A stretch of 54,785 bases of DNA, from contig CAZKTW010000002.1 in NCBI GenBank assembly GCA_964555775.1, positions 1 to 54,785 on the forward strand, in the 5' to 3' direction. Below, piece after piece: positions 1 to 8,314 of this stretch. The position numbers and the translations under genes were made by a program. Positions within the stretch are counted from its first letter, which is position 1; each line of letters opens with the position of its first letter. Below the pieces are notes generated by a model. The model saw nothing but the letters and a program-made list of their open reading frames with translations, made no database searches and was not told the origin of the DNA. This DNA is from an uncultured Bifidobacteriaceae bacterium (GTDB lineage: Bacteria > Verrucomicrobiota > Verrucomicrobiia > Limisphaerales > UBA11358).

Positions 1-515
1 CCGCGACGCAACATCTGCTGAAGCTCGGCCACAAACGCATCGCCTATCTCACCGGACCGCCCGTGGCGCCATGGGCCCATGACCGGTTTGAGGGCTACCG
101 CCGCGCGCTACGCGAGGCCGGGATCGAGGTGGACGACAAACTGGTTTTTGCCGCCGGCAACACGATTGAAGACGGCACCAAGGCCGGCCTGCAAATGTTG
201 AATGAGTCCTGCCACGCCACCGCCGTGCAAGCCGTGAGCGACCCGGTGGCCATCGGCTGCGCCCAGGCCTTGTTCACACAGGGGTTGCGGATCCCCGAGG
301 ATATTTCGCTCGTGGGTTATGGTAACATCACCACGGCGGAATATTTTCGCGTGCCGCTGACGACCATCCGCCAGCCGAAGTTCCGCCTCGGTGTTGCAGC
401 GGTGGAAACCATGATGAATTTGCTGCGCGGCCAGCGCGTGGAAACCAAACGCCTGTCCGCCGAACTCATCGAGCGCAAAAGCACTGCGCCTCCCAGGGCC
501 GGAACGCCAAACTGA
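1..515 (+). CDS. LacI/GalR-family transcriptional regulator, C-terminal ligand-binding part (5' end outside window)
   Basis: The frame of ORF 63..515 stays open back to nt 3 (ATQHLLKLGHKRIAYLTGPP...). The motifs 'GHKRIAYLTGP' and 'VSDPVAIGC...GLRIPEDISLVGY' are typical of the LacI-family sugar-binding fold. Confidence 0.8.
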   Translation, partial: ATQHLLKLGHKRIAYLTGPPVAPWAHDRFEGYRRALREAGIEVDDKLVFAAGNTIEDGTKAGLQMLNESCHATAVQAVSDPVAIGCAQALFTQGLRIPEDISLVGYGNITTAEYFRVPLTTIRQPKFRLGVAAVETMMNLLRGQRVETKRLSAELIERKSTAPPRAGTPN

Positions 516-622
516 ACATTGGCCGCCGGGCGCGCTCCACCCGTCCAGGGCAAAATTTCCGGAGCATTCAGGCGATGGCGCGGAATTTCGTTTTTGGCTC
601 TTAGGAGCGGACCCCACGACGG

Positions 623-1249
623 TCAATCGGCCTTTTTTCCATCCGGCAGCAGCCGCATGATTTCCGCGTGAATTTTATCACTCACCTCCCGGGACAGGGC
701 GTCCCGCCCGGCCAGGGATTTCTCCAAATGTTTATGCCGAAGCCGGGCGGCCCGGCGGGATACCCATTTCCGGGTAAGGTTATAGGCCAATTGCATGACT
801 TCCGTCCGGTCAAAAGGCTTTTTCAGAAAGAACATCTGGTCCGAAGCGCCGATTTTTTCGAATATCTTTTCCCAGGAATAATCAGCAAACGCCGTACAAA
901 TCACGACAAACAGGTTTGGATCCGCCAGCCAAAGCCTTGGGGCAAGTTCTATTCCATCCCAGCCGGGTGGCATGCGCACATCCAAAAACACCATGGCATA
1001 CGGAGATCCCGCATCCAACGCGTGAAACACCTTGGCCAGACCGTGATGGCCTTGAAAGGCCGAATCCACTTCGAATCGGATCTGCGGTACGGCAGTGTCA
1101 CCTTGTCCAAACATGACCGCTTCCGCCGCCTCCAGTTTGGGATCCGTCTGCGCCCCTCCACAGAGGATTTTTCTGAAATCATCGTGGATTTCCGGAGTGT
1201 CATCAATCACGAGGATACGACAACCAGTTTCCGAAGAGGAACTTTGCAT
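623..1249 (-). CDS. Response regulator with a CheY-like receiver domain
   Basis: 'RILVIDDTPEIHDDF', 'VFLDVRMPPGWDGIEL', 'VVICTAFADYSW' and 'FLKKPF' match the REC acidic pocket, phospho-Asp, T/A and K positions. The start is taken at MQSSSS; the ORF extends to 1309. Confidence 0.8.
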   Translation of the reverse strand: MQSSSSETGCRILVIDDTPEIHDDFRKILCGGAQTDPKLEAAEAVMFGQGDTAVPQIRFEVDSAFQGHHGLAKVFHALDAGSPYAMVFLDVRMPPGWDGIELAPRLWLADPNLFVVICTAFADYSWEKIFEKIGASDQMFFLKKPFDRTEVMQLAYNLTRKWVSRRAARLRHKHLEKSLAGRDALSREVSDKIHAEIMRLLPDGKKAD

Positions 1250-1361
1250 ACAACAGCCAAAGAGTAATGGAAATGATCGCCGACGAAAGCTGAAAATTTG
1301 GCCTGCCACTGGGAAAGGCGAACAACCGATCCCGAATCGGCGGCCCGTTTTTTATTCGACA

Positions 1362-1389
1362 CTCAACGCTCAACTCTCAACACTCAACC
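1362..1389 (+). repeat. Heptamer array (ctcaacN) x4 ending 2 nt before the start codon
   Basis: ctcaacg ctcaact ctcaaca ctcaacc. Confidence 0.9.
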
Positions 1390-1391
1390 CC

Positions 1392-2192
1392 ATGAAATGG
1401 CCCGCTGATTATCACATGCACACGCCGCTTTGCCGGCATGCCACCGGGGAGCCGGGTGAATATGCGAAACAGGCGCTGGCCCTCGGCTTCACGGAAATCG
1501 GTTTCTCTGACCATTCCCCGATGTCGCGCGACAATTTCGACAACTGGCGGATGTACGCCCGCCAGCTCGACGAGTACGTGGCCAAGATCCAACAAACGCA
1601 AAAGGATTTCCCCCGGCTGACCATCCGCCTCGCCCTGGAAGTGGACTATCTGCCCGGGCACGAAGATTGGATCCGCAGCCTGGCCGCGCGGCATCCGTGG
1701 GATTACTTCATCGGATCGGTGCATTACGTCTCCGATTCCTGGGCGATTGACGACCCGCAGAAATTGTCAGAATGGAAGCAGCGCAATTCCGAAGAGGTCT
1801 GGACCGCCTACTTCGACCGGTTGACCCTGGCGGCGGAATCCGGTTTGTTTGAAATCATCGGGCATGCGGACCTGCCGAAAAAGTTCGGGCATCGCCCGCC
1901 GGTGGATTGCGCGCCGCTTTATGAAAAATTCCTCAACGCGGCAAAAAGGCAGGATTGCGCCATCGAACTCAACACTGCCGGGTTGCGCAAGGATTGCCGG
2001 GAAATCTATCCCACCCGGCGGATACTGGAAGCGGCATTTGAAAAAGGCGTGGCCATAACGTTTGGTTCGGATGCCCATGCACCCGGGGAGGTGGGCTTGA
2101 ATTTCGCCGAAGCCATCCAACTGGCGCGCGACGTCGGCTACGAGGAAACGCGGCGTTTCGCGCGCCGCAAAAGTGAAATGGTAAAAATTTGA
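1392..2192 (+). CDS. Histidinol-phosphatase, PHP (HisJ/HisK) family
   Basis: 'MKWPADYHMHTPLCRHA', 'GFSDHSP', 'GSVHYV', 'IGHADL' and 'FGSDAH' form the PHP-domain metal-binding His/Asp set. The in-frame ATG is at 1392; the upstream part of ORF 1095.. is repeat or intergenic sequence. Confidence 0.85.
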   Translation: MKWPADYHMHTPLCRHATGEPGEYAKQALALGFTEIGFSDHSPMSRDNFDNWRMYARQLDEYVAKIQQTQKDFPRLTIRLALEVDYLPGHEDWIRSLAARHPWDYFIGSVHYVSDSWAIDDPQKLSEWKQRNSEEVWTAYFDRLTLAAESGLFEIIGHADLPKKFGHRPPVDCAPLYEKFLNAAKRQDCAIELNTAGLRKDCREIYPTRRILEAAFEKGVAITFGSDAHAPGEVGLNFAEAIQLARDVGYEETRRFARRKSEMVKI

Positions 2193-2193
2193 C

Positions 2194-4149
2194 ATGCCGC
2201 CGGCCAATTTGACAAAAACACAACGGCTGGCCGCAATTTACGCCGTGCTCGCCTTGGTGACGTTTGTCTTGTACTCGCCCGTCTTTCATCATGCGTTTAT
2301 TAATTATGACGACCACGAATACATCACGGAAAATGCCCAGGTTAACACCGGCGTGACCTGGCCAGGAATTGTCTGGGCGTTTGAAAACAAGTATGCCGGC
2401 AACTGGCATCCGTTGACGTGGATTTCGCACATGGTGGATTGCCAGTGGTTCGGTCTGAATCCCGCCGGCCACCACCTGATGAACGTGCTTTTTCACGTCG
2501 GCAATGTCTTGCTGCTGTTTCTTCTGCTCCACCGGATCACCGGTGCGGTTTGGCGGAGTGCATTTGTCGCCGCCTTGTTTGCCTGGCATCCGCTGCACGT
2601 CGAATCGGTCGCGTGGGCGGCGGAACGCAAGGATGTCTTGAGCACTTTTTTCTGGCTGCTGGCCCTGATTGCCTACACGCGATATGTGTCCGATGGCCGG
2701 CAAGTGACTCGAACCGGCCCTCCGGCGTCACGTTTTACGCTTCACGTTTCATTTTACTACTTTCTCGCGTTATTTTTCTTTGCCTGCGGACTGATGAGCA
2801 AGGCGATGGTGGTGACCCTGCCATTTGTGCTGTTGTTGCTGGATTACTGGCCACTGGGGAGAGGCTCACGTTTCGCGTTTCACGTTTCACATTCTGAGGA
2901 AAGCTCAACGCTCAACGCTCAACCCCCGCCCCGATCTTTCCCCTGGTTAATGGTCGAAAAACTGCCTTTCTTCGCGCTGTCGATTGCCGGCAGCGCCATC
3001 ACGTTTGTGGCGCAAAAAACCAGCGGAGCCTTTTGGTCATCGGAAAACCTGCTGCCATTGGACCGGGTGGCGAATGCGCTGGTCGCCTATTTGCGCTACA
3101 TCTCGAAAACCGTGTACCCGACAAATCTTGCGCTCATCTATCCGCATCCGCATCACTGGCCGGTGCTCCTGGTTGCCGGCGCCGCGCTGATGTTGTTTGT
3201 GTGGTCGGGCCTGTTCCTCTGGCGCGCAAAATCACAGCCGTATCTGATCGTGGGGTGGCTCTGGTTTTTGGGAACCCTCGTACCAACCATCGGGATCGTG
3301 CAGGTCGGCGTGCAATCCATCGCCGATCGTTACATGTATATTCCGAGCATTGGCCTGTTCATGGTGGTGGCGTGGGGGATCGATGATTTTTTGGGGGTGT
3401 GGCCGCAAAAGGGAAAAATTGCCGCCACGCTTGGAACGGTTGCGTTGGTGGTTTGCCTTATTTGCACCTCACGGCAATTACAATATTGGGAAAACAGTTT
3501 GGACCTGTTCTCCCATGCCGTCGCAGCCACCACGGACAATTACGCGGCTGAAGTTTGTCTCGGCGAAGCTTTGGAACAAGCCGGGCAACCCAAAGCGGCC
3601 TTTGCCTTTTACTCCGACGCCGTGAGAATCGAACCGGATTACCCGCTGGGACAATTCAAGCTGGGAATGATTTTGCTGGCTGACGGCAAACCGGAGGAGG
3701 CTTCGAATCACCTTGCAATCGCCGCGCAATTGATGCCCCACAGCCCGGAGGTGCAGTATGATCTCGGCCTGTTCCTCCGGGCGCACGGCAAACCGCTTGA
3801 TGCCGCCAGCCATTTCCGATCCGCACTTGCGGACAAGCCGGACTTTCCCGGGGCGCTCAACGATCTCGCGTGGATCCTTTCCACGGACCCAGACCCGAAA
3901 CTTCGGTCGGGAACCGAGGCCGTCCGGCTGGCCTTGCAGGCCTGCGAACTGACCCAAAACCAACAGGCCGCCATTCTCACGACGCTGTCCGCTGCCTGGG
4001 CTGAAACCGGCCAATTCCCCGAAGCCATGGCCGCTGTCCGGAGGGCCCGCGACCTCGCCAACGCCAAGGGCCAAAAAAACATAGTCGCGCAAGATGAGGA
4101 ATTGCTGAAATTATACCAGGCTGGCAATCCTTATCGCGAAGCACATTGA
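2194..4149 (+). CDS. TMTC-like membrane protein: multi-pass N-terminal GT39/DUF1736-like domain plus C-terminal TPR repeats
   Basis: N-terminal 'YDDHEYITENAQV', 'WHPLTWISHM', 'FAWHPLHVESVAW..ERKDVLS' and many TM helices. The C-terminus has TPR-like A/L/Y-periodic repeats. It is a paralog of the next gene. Confidence 0.8.
   Translation: MPPANLTKTQRLAAIYAVLALVTFVLYSPVFHHAFINYDDHEYITENAQVNTGVTWPGIVWAFENKYAGNWHPLTWISHMVDCQWFGLNPAGHHLMNVLFHVGNVLLLFLLLHRITGAVWRSAFVAALFAWHPLHVESVAWAAERKDVLSTFFWLLALIAYTRYVSDGRQVTRTGPPASRFTLHVSFYYFLALFFFACGLMSKAMVVTLPFVLLLLDYWPLGRGSRFAFHVSHSEESSTLNAQPPPRSFPWLMVEKLPFFALSIAGSAITFVAQKTSGAFWSSENLLPLDRVANALVAYLRYISKTVYPTNLALIYPHPHHWPVLLVAGAALMLFVWSGLFLWRAKSQPYLIVGWLWFLGTLVPTIGIVQVGVQSIADRYMYIPSIGLFMVVAWGIDDFLGVWPQKGKIAATLGTVALVVCLICTSRQLQYWENSLDLFSHAVAATTDNYAAEVCLGEALEQAGQPKAAFAFYSDAVRIEPDYPLGQFKLGMILLADGKPEEASNHLAIAAQLMPHSPEVQYDLGLFLRAHGKPLDAASHFRSALADKPDFPGALNDLAWILSTDPDPKLRSGTEAVRLALQACELTQNQQAAILTTLSAAWAETGQFPEAMAAVRRARDLANAKGQKNIVAQDEELLKLYQAGNPYREAH
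2867..2924 (+). repeat. In-CDS heptamer arrays: (cRcgttt-like) x4 then (ctcaacS) x3
   Basis: cacgttt cgcgttt cacgttt cacattc (2867-94), then ctcaacg ctcaacg ctcaacc (2904-24), inside ORF 2194..4149. Confidence 0.85.
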
Positions 4150-4170
4150 TTTTAAACGCATTTTCCAGCC

Positions 4171-6171
4171 ATGTTCACGGCCAGGCTTACTCGAAACCAG
4201 TTGCGAGGTGTTATCTGTCTCACGCTCGCCCTCGTGACGGCGGTGTTGTATTGGCCGCTGCTGCACCATGGCTTCGTCAGTCTTGATGATGAGGCGTACA
4301 TCACTGCAAATCCTCATGTCCAATCGGGATTGACCGGCCGGGGATTTGTGTGGGCATTTCAAATCGGTTACGCTGCCTATTGGCACCCGTTGACATGGAT
4401 TTCTCACATGCTGGATTGCCAGCTCTACGGCTTGAATCCCGCCGGCCACCACCTCACCAACCTGCTTTTTCACATCGTCAACGCCCTGTTGTTGTTTCTC
4501 TGGTTGAATCAACTCACGGGCGCTCTGTGGCGAAGTGCATTCGTGGCCGCCCTGTTCGCATGGCATCCTTTGCATGTGGAATCAGTGGCCTGGGCTTGTG
4601 AGCGCAAGGACGTGCTGAGCACCTTTTTTTGGATGCTCGCGCTCATCGCCTATACGCGGTTCGTGACAAGTGGCAAATGGCAGGTGACACGAAACGTCTC
4701 CTTCCTGTCACATGTCACGTGTCACAAGTCACCTCATTACTGGCTCGCGCTTTTTTTCTTCGCCTGTGGACTCATGTCCAAGCCCATGGTGGTGACTCTG
4801 CCATTTGTATTGCTGTTGCTGGATTACTGGCCTCTGCGAAGGGTGGCGAGTGACAAGTGGCGGGTGACGAGATTTGGCATTCCTGCCCCTCAACTTTCAG
4901 AACTCAACGCGCTGCTGCTGGAAAAGCTCCCGTTCTTCGCCCTGGCCCTGATGGGGAGTGTCGTGACGTATTTTGCCCAGAAAGGTGGCGGGGCCGTGTG
5001 GTCGGCGGGACTTCCGCTTCAAACCCGGCTGGCAAATGCTTTGGTGTCGTATTTACGTTACATCTCCAAAACTTTCTGGCCGGTGGACCTGGCCGTCGTT
5101 TACCCATATCCCCACCATTGGCCCGCCCCCCTGCTGATTGCCGCGGTACTGGTGCTGATATTCTGGACCGGACTGTTTCTTTGGCGGGCGCCGCGGAATC
5201 CATATTTGCTGGTCGGCTGGCTTTGGTTTATCGGGACGCTCGTTCCGGTCATCGGCCTGGTGCAGGTCGGCCCACAATCCATGGCGGACCGTTTCACCTA
5301 TGTCCCGGGCATTGGGTTGTTCATTCTTATTGCCTGGGGCCTGAACGAGTTTGTGACTTCTCATCCACCCTGGCGGCAGGCTGTTATCACAGTCGGAGGC
5401 GCGGCGCTGATCGGTTGCCTGGTTTGCACCCGGATTCAATCAAGCTATTGGCAGGACAGCATTACCCTGTTCCGACACGCCATCGCGGCTACGACGGACA
5501 ATTATATTGTCGATAATTTCCTGGGCCGCGCCCTGGAGGACGCCGGCAAGAATGACGAATCGTTGCCGCTCTACACGGAATCGGTGCGGCTGGAACCTAA
5601 CTATGCGGAGGCACAATTCAACCTGGGAATGGCGTGGCTCAATCGGGGCCGCCCGGAGGAAGCCACCAGGCATCTCGACACCGCGGTAAGACTTGTACCC
5701 GACAATGCCGGGGCACGATATTACCTCGGCACGGCATTGATTAACAGCGGAAGGTGGGATGACGCCATTGCACAATTCACCGAAGCCGTACACATCAACC
5801 CCGATTTTGCCGAAGCCCACACCCAACTGGCTCTTGCCCTGGTCAAACGAGGCAAGCTCGCGGAAGCCAACGTCCAGTTTGCGACGGTGGTCCGGTTGCA
5901 GCCCGACAATCCCGATGCCCATTTCAATCTTGGGCTCGCATTGCTGGAGAATCATCAACCCACCGAAGCCGCCGGGGAATTCGTCGCGGAGCTCCGTCTG
6001 ACGCCCAATGAAACCAAGGCCCATTACCGCCTGGCCCAGGCGCGGCAACAACAGAACCAGCCGGCCGACGCCGTCCAACATTACCGCGAGGCTTTGCGCC
6101 TGACGCCGAGATTTTCCGAGGCCAAAACGGAACTGGATGAAATCCTGGCCACCCATCCGGAGTTGCGTTAA
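4171..6171 (+). CDS. TMTC-like membrane protein with TPR repeats (tandem paralog)
   Basis: Collinear with 2194..4149 and shares the same motifs ('LDDEAYITANPHV', 'WHPLTWISHM', 'FAWHPLHVESVAW'). The C-terminus has clear 34-aa TPR units ('AEAQFNLGMAW', 'AEAHTQLALAL', 'PDAHFNLGLAL'). Confidence 0.8.
   Translation: MFTARLTRNQLRGVICLTLALVTAVLYWPLLHHGFVSLDDEAYITANPHVQSGLTGRGFVWAFQIGYAAYWHPLTWISHMLDCQLYGLNPAGHHLTNLLFHIVNALLLFLWLNQLTGALWRSAFVAALFAWHPLHVESVAWACERKDVLSTFFWMLALIAYTRFVTSGKWQVTRNVSFLSHVTCHKSPHYWLALFFFACGLMSKPMVVTLPFVLLLLDYWPLRRVASDKWRVTRFGIPAPQLSELNALLLEKLPFFALALMGSVVTYFAQKGGGAVWSAGLPLQTRLANALVSYLRYISKTFWPVDLAVVYPYPHHWPAPLLIAAVLVLIFWTGLFLWRAPRNPYLLVGWLWFIGTLVPVIGLVQVGPQSMADRFTYVPGIGLFILIAWGLNEFVTSHPPWRQAVITVGGAALIGCLVCTRIQSSYWQDSITLFRHAIAATTDNYIVDNFLGRALEDAGKNDESLPLYTESVRLEPNYAEAQFNLGMAWLNRGRPEEATRHLDTAVRLVPDNAGARYYLGTALINSGRWDDAIAQFTEAVHINPDFAEAHTQLALALVKRGKLAEANVQFATVVRLQPDNPDAHFNLGLALLENHQPTEAAGEFVAELRLTPNETKAHYRLAQARQQQNQPADAVQHYREALRLTPRFSEAKTELDEILATHPELR
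4663..4733 (+). repeat. In-CDS inverted pair of heptamer arrays (gtgRcaa x4 / tgtcacN x4)
   Basis: gtgacaa gtggcaa atggcag gtgacac (4663-90), then tgtcaca tgtcacg tgtcaca agtcacc (4706-33). Arm complementarity is about 19/27. Confidence 0.85.
4843..4870 (+). repeat. In-CDS heptamer array (gtgRcRR) x4
   Basis: gtggcga gtgacaa gtggcgg gtgacga, inside ORF 4171..6171. Confidence 0.85.
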
Positions 6172-6252
6172 ATCCGACAGAACTGGACAACCTCACCGAC
6201 CTTTTGTAAAGCTTCGTTGGTGCAGCCTGCGAACTGGCCTGCCGGAAATTTT

Positions 6253-7581
6253 ATGATACGAACTGCTACATGCCGGATCCTTCCAAAGGTGCTGGCCGGA
6301 ATTTTGTTGGTGGGCTGGGTCCACCGGGCCTCCGCTCTAAGTCCCGACATCTCGGACAGCGCCATCAGCAATGTCATCAACTCCGTTGCGAATCATTGGC
6401 AGCACCCACTCGCTGACGGGAGCTATCCGGTGGCAACCCACCTCCCGGAGGCCCAAGCGGCGGCAGAACCGGTCGGGATCAACTGGGAATATGCCTGGGG
6501 TGTGAATCTGGCCGGCCAGTTGCACGTGACCGACGCAACGGGCAACCAGACCTTTGAAAATTTTGTGCTGAATCACAACCTGATTTGCGCCCGCTATTTT
6601 GTCTGGCTGAAGGACCTGACCAACACCCTGGCCGACACGTCCGGACTCCGCAATTTTCAAAGAAAGAGCAACGTGCTGGGGACTTTTTTCATCCTCGACC
6701 GGCTGGATTATTGCGGTGCGATGGCCGCGCAGATGCTGGAAGGCGCGTTGCATCATGCCAAGGGTTTGTCGAGTGAAGAATTGCAAATGGCCAAAACCAC
6801 CGCCGACCACATCTGCAAGGTCCAATCCCGGCTGCCGGACGGCACGCTCTGGCGATCCACCGCGCAGGGCGGCACAATTTGGGGCGATGATCTTTACATG
6901 AGTTGTCCGTTTCTGGTTCGCTGGTATCAACATACCGGCGACACAAACTTGCTCAACGATGCCGCACAACAGGTGATCAACATGGCCGGCTATCTGCAGG
7001 ATACCAACGGCCTCTGGTTCCACGGCTATTACCAGCGCACGCATTCGGTCAACGGCATCAAGTGGGGCCGGGCCAACGGCTGGGAGATGATCGCCACGAC
7101 CGACGTCCTTTCCGTCCTGCCCGCCAATCATCCCGCCCGTTCAAAACTGCTGGACATCCTCCGCCGCCACATTGCCGGGGTGGAAACAGTGCAGGCGTCC
7201 GACGGCATGTGGCATCAGGTCCTCGATCATCCTGAAGTCTGGGAGGAAACCTCCTGCACCGCCATGTACGCTTACAGCATCGCCCGGGCGGTCAACCACG
7301 GCTGGATTGACGCCACCAACATGGCCGTGGCGCGCAAGGCCTTTGCCGCCATTGCGCAGATGGAGGTCAGCCCCACCGGGGTCGTCAGCAACATCTGTCC
7401 CGGCACCAGCCTCAACACCAACATCGCCTATTACACCAATAAAATCAGCCTGCCGCCGACCACCGACGACCGTCATGGCCCCGGCCTGGTGATGTTGGCC
7501 GGCGCCGAAATCCTCCTGGCGCAAAAGACGGGCGCAGTTCACGACGGAAACCCGACCACAGCTTCCCCGAACTTGAAATAA
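6253..7581 (+). CDS. Glycoside hydrolase family 105/88 (unsaturated rhamnogalacturonyl/glucuronyl hydrolase-like), secreted
   Basis: Signal-peptide-like 'MIRTATCRILPKVLAGILLVGWVHRASA'. 'GDDLYMSCPFLVRW', 'WGRANGWEMIA' and 'DGMWHQVLD...EETSCTAMYAYSIARAV' match the YteR/GH105 alpha6/alpha6 barrel. Confidence 0.7.
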   Translation: MIRTATCRILPKVLAGILLVGWVHRASALSPDISDSAISNVINSVANHWQHPLADGSYPVATHLPEAQAAAEPVGINWEYAWGVNLAGQLHVTDATGNQTFENFVLNHNLICARYFVWLKDLTNTLADTSGLRNFQRKSNVLGTFFILDRLDYCGAMAAQMLEGALHHAKGLSSEELQMAKTTADHICKVQSRLPDGTLWRSTAQGGTIWGDDLYMSCPFLVRWYQHTGDTNLLNDAAQQVINMAGYLQDTNGLWFHGYYQRTHSVNGIKWGRANGWEMIATTDVLSVLPANHPARSKLLDILRRHIAGVETVQASDGMWHQVLDHPEVWEETSCTAMYAYSIARAVNHGWIDATNMAVARKAFAAIAQMEVSPTGVVSNICPGTSLNTNIAYYTNKISLPPTTDDRHGPGLVMLAGAEILLAQKTGAVHDGNPTTASPNLK

Positions 7582-7635
7582 CCCTTTTTGTCTCCGGCTG
7601 GACATGCCAGCGGCCTTTTGCAAAACTCCGCGAGC

Positions 7636-8241
7636 GTGAAACAATCAATTGTCACCCTGGACATGGAAGGCGTGTTGACGCCGGAAATCTGGATCGCTGT
7701 GGCCGAGAAAACCGGGATCCCGGAATTGCGCCGCACCACGCGCGATGAACCGGACTATGACAAGCTGATGCGTGGACGCCTGGCCATTCTGGATCAACAT
7801 GGCTTGAAGTTGTCCGAAATCCAGAAAGTCATCGGCACGTTGAGTCCGCTGCCCGGCGGCCGGGAATTTCTGGATGAACTCCGTTCGCTGGTTCAGGTCG
7901 TCATCCTGTCCGACACGTTCGAACAATTCGCCGCTCCCCTGCTCCGCCTGCTCAACTGGCCGACGCTGCTCTGCCACCGGCTCGTGGTGGAGAACGATCG
8001 CATCGTGGATTACCAGTTGCGCCTCCGGGAGCAGAAGCGCGAAGCCGTGGCCGCCTTCAAGCGGATGAATTATCACGTCATCTCCGGCGGCGATTCGTTC
8101 AACGATATTGCCATGCTCTCCGAGGCGCACGATGGCATCCTTTTTCGCGCACCCGACAACGTGAAGCAGCAATTCCCGGAATTCCCCGCCGTCGAAACCT
8201 ACACGGATTTGATGAAACGGATCAAGGCGGCGATGGCCTAA
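7636..8241 (+). CDS. thrH: Phosphoserine phosphatase / homoserine phosphotransferase ThrH (HAD family)
   Basis: Near-collinear with my memory of Pseudomonas ThrH: 'LDMEGVLTPEIWIAVAEKTGI', 'TTRDEPDYDKLM', 'VVILSDTFEQFAAPL', 'PTLLCHRL', 'GDSFNDIAMLSEAH.GILFRAP'. The start is uncertain: GTG 7636 or TTG 7588. Confidence 0.75.
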   Translation: MKQSIVTLDMEGVLTPEIWIAVAEKTGIPELRRTTRDEPDYDKLMRGRLAILDQHGLKLSEIQKVIGTLSPLPGGREFLDELRSLVQVVILSDTFEQFAAPLLRLLNWPTLLCHRLVVENDRIVDYQLRLREQKREAVAAFKRMNYHVISGGDSFNDIAMLSEAHDGILFRAPDNVKQQFPEFPAVETYTDLMKRIKAAMA

Positions 8242-8282
8242 GCACGGTCGAACGTCGACAGTCGAGGGCCGAGGGCAAGTTG

Positions 8283-8310
8283 CGTAAATCGGCAATCGTA
8301 AATCGTAAAT
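8283..8310 (+). repeat. Heptamer array (cgtaaat-type) x4
   Basis: cgtaaat cggcaat cgtaaat cgtaaat, in the convergent gap between thrH and gpsA. Confidence 0.9.
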
Positions 8311-8314
8311 GCCC

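Noticed and set aside
3622-3638. tRNA-like T-arm (the reverse complement reads tccggttcgattctcac)
   Set aside because: It lies inside the TPR coding region ('AVRIEPDYP'). I could build no acceptor or anticodon stems around it. I found no convincing tRNA anywhere in the window.
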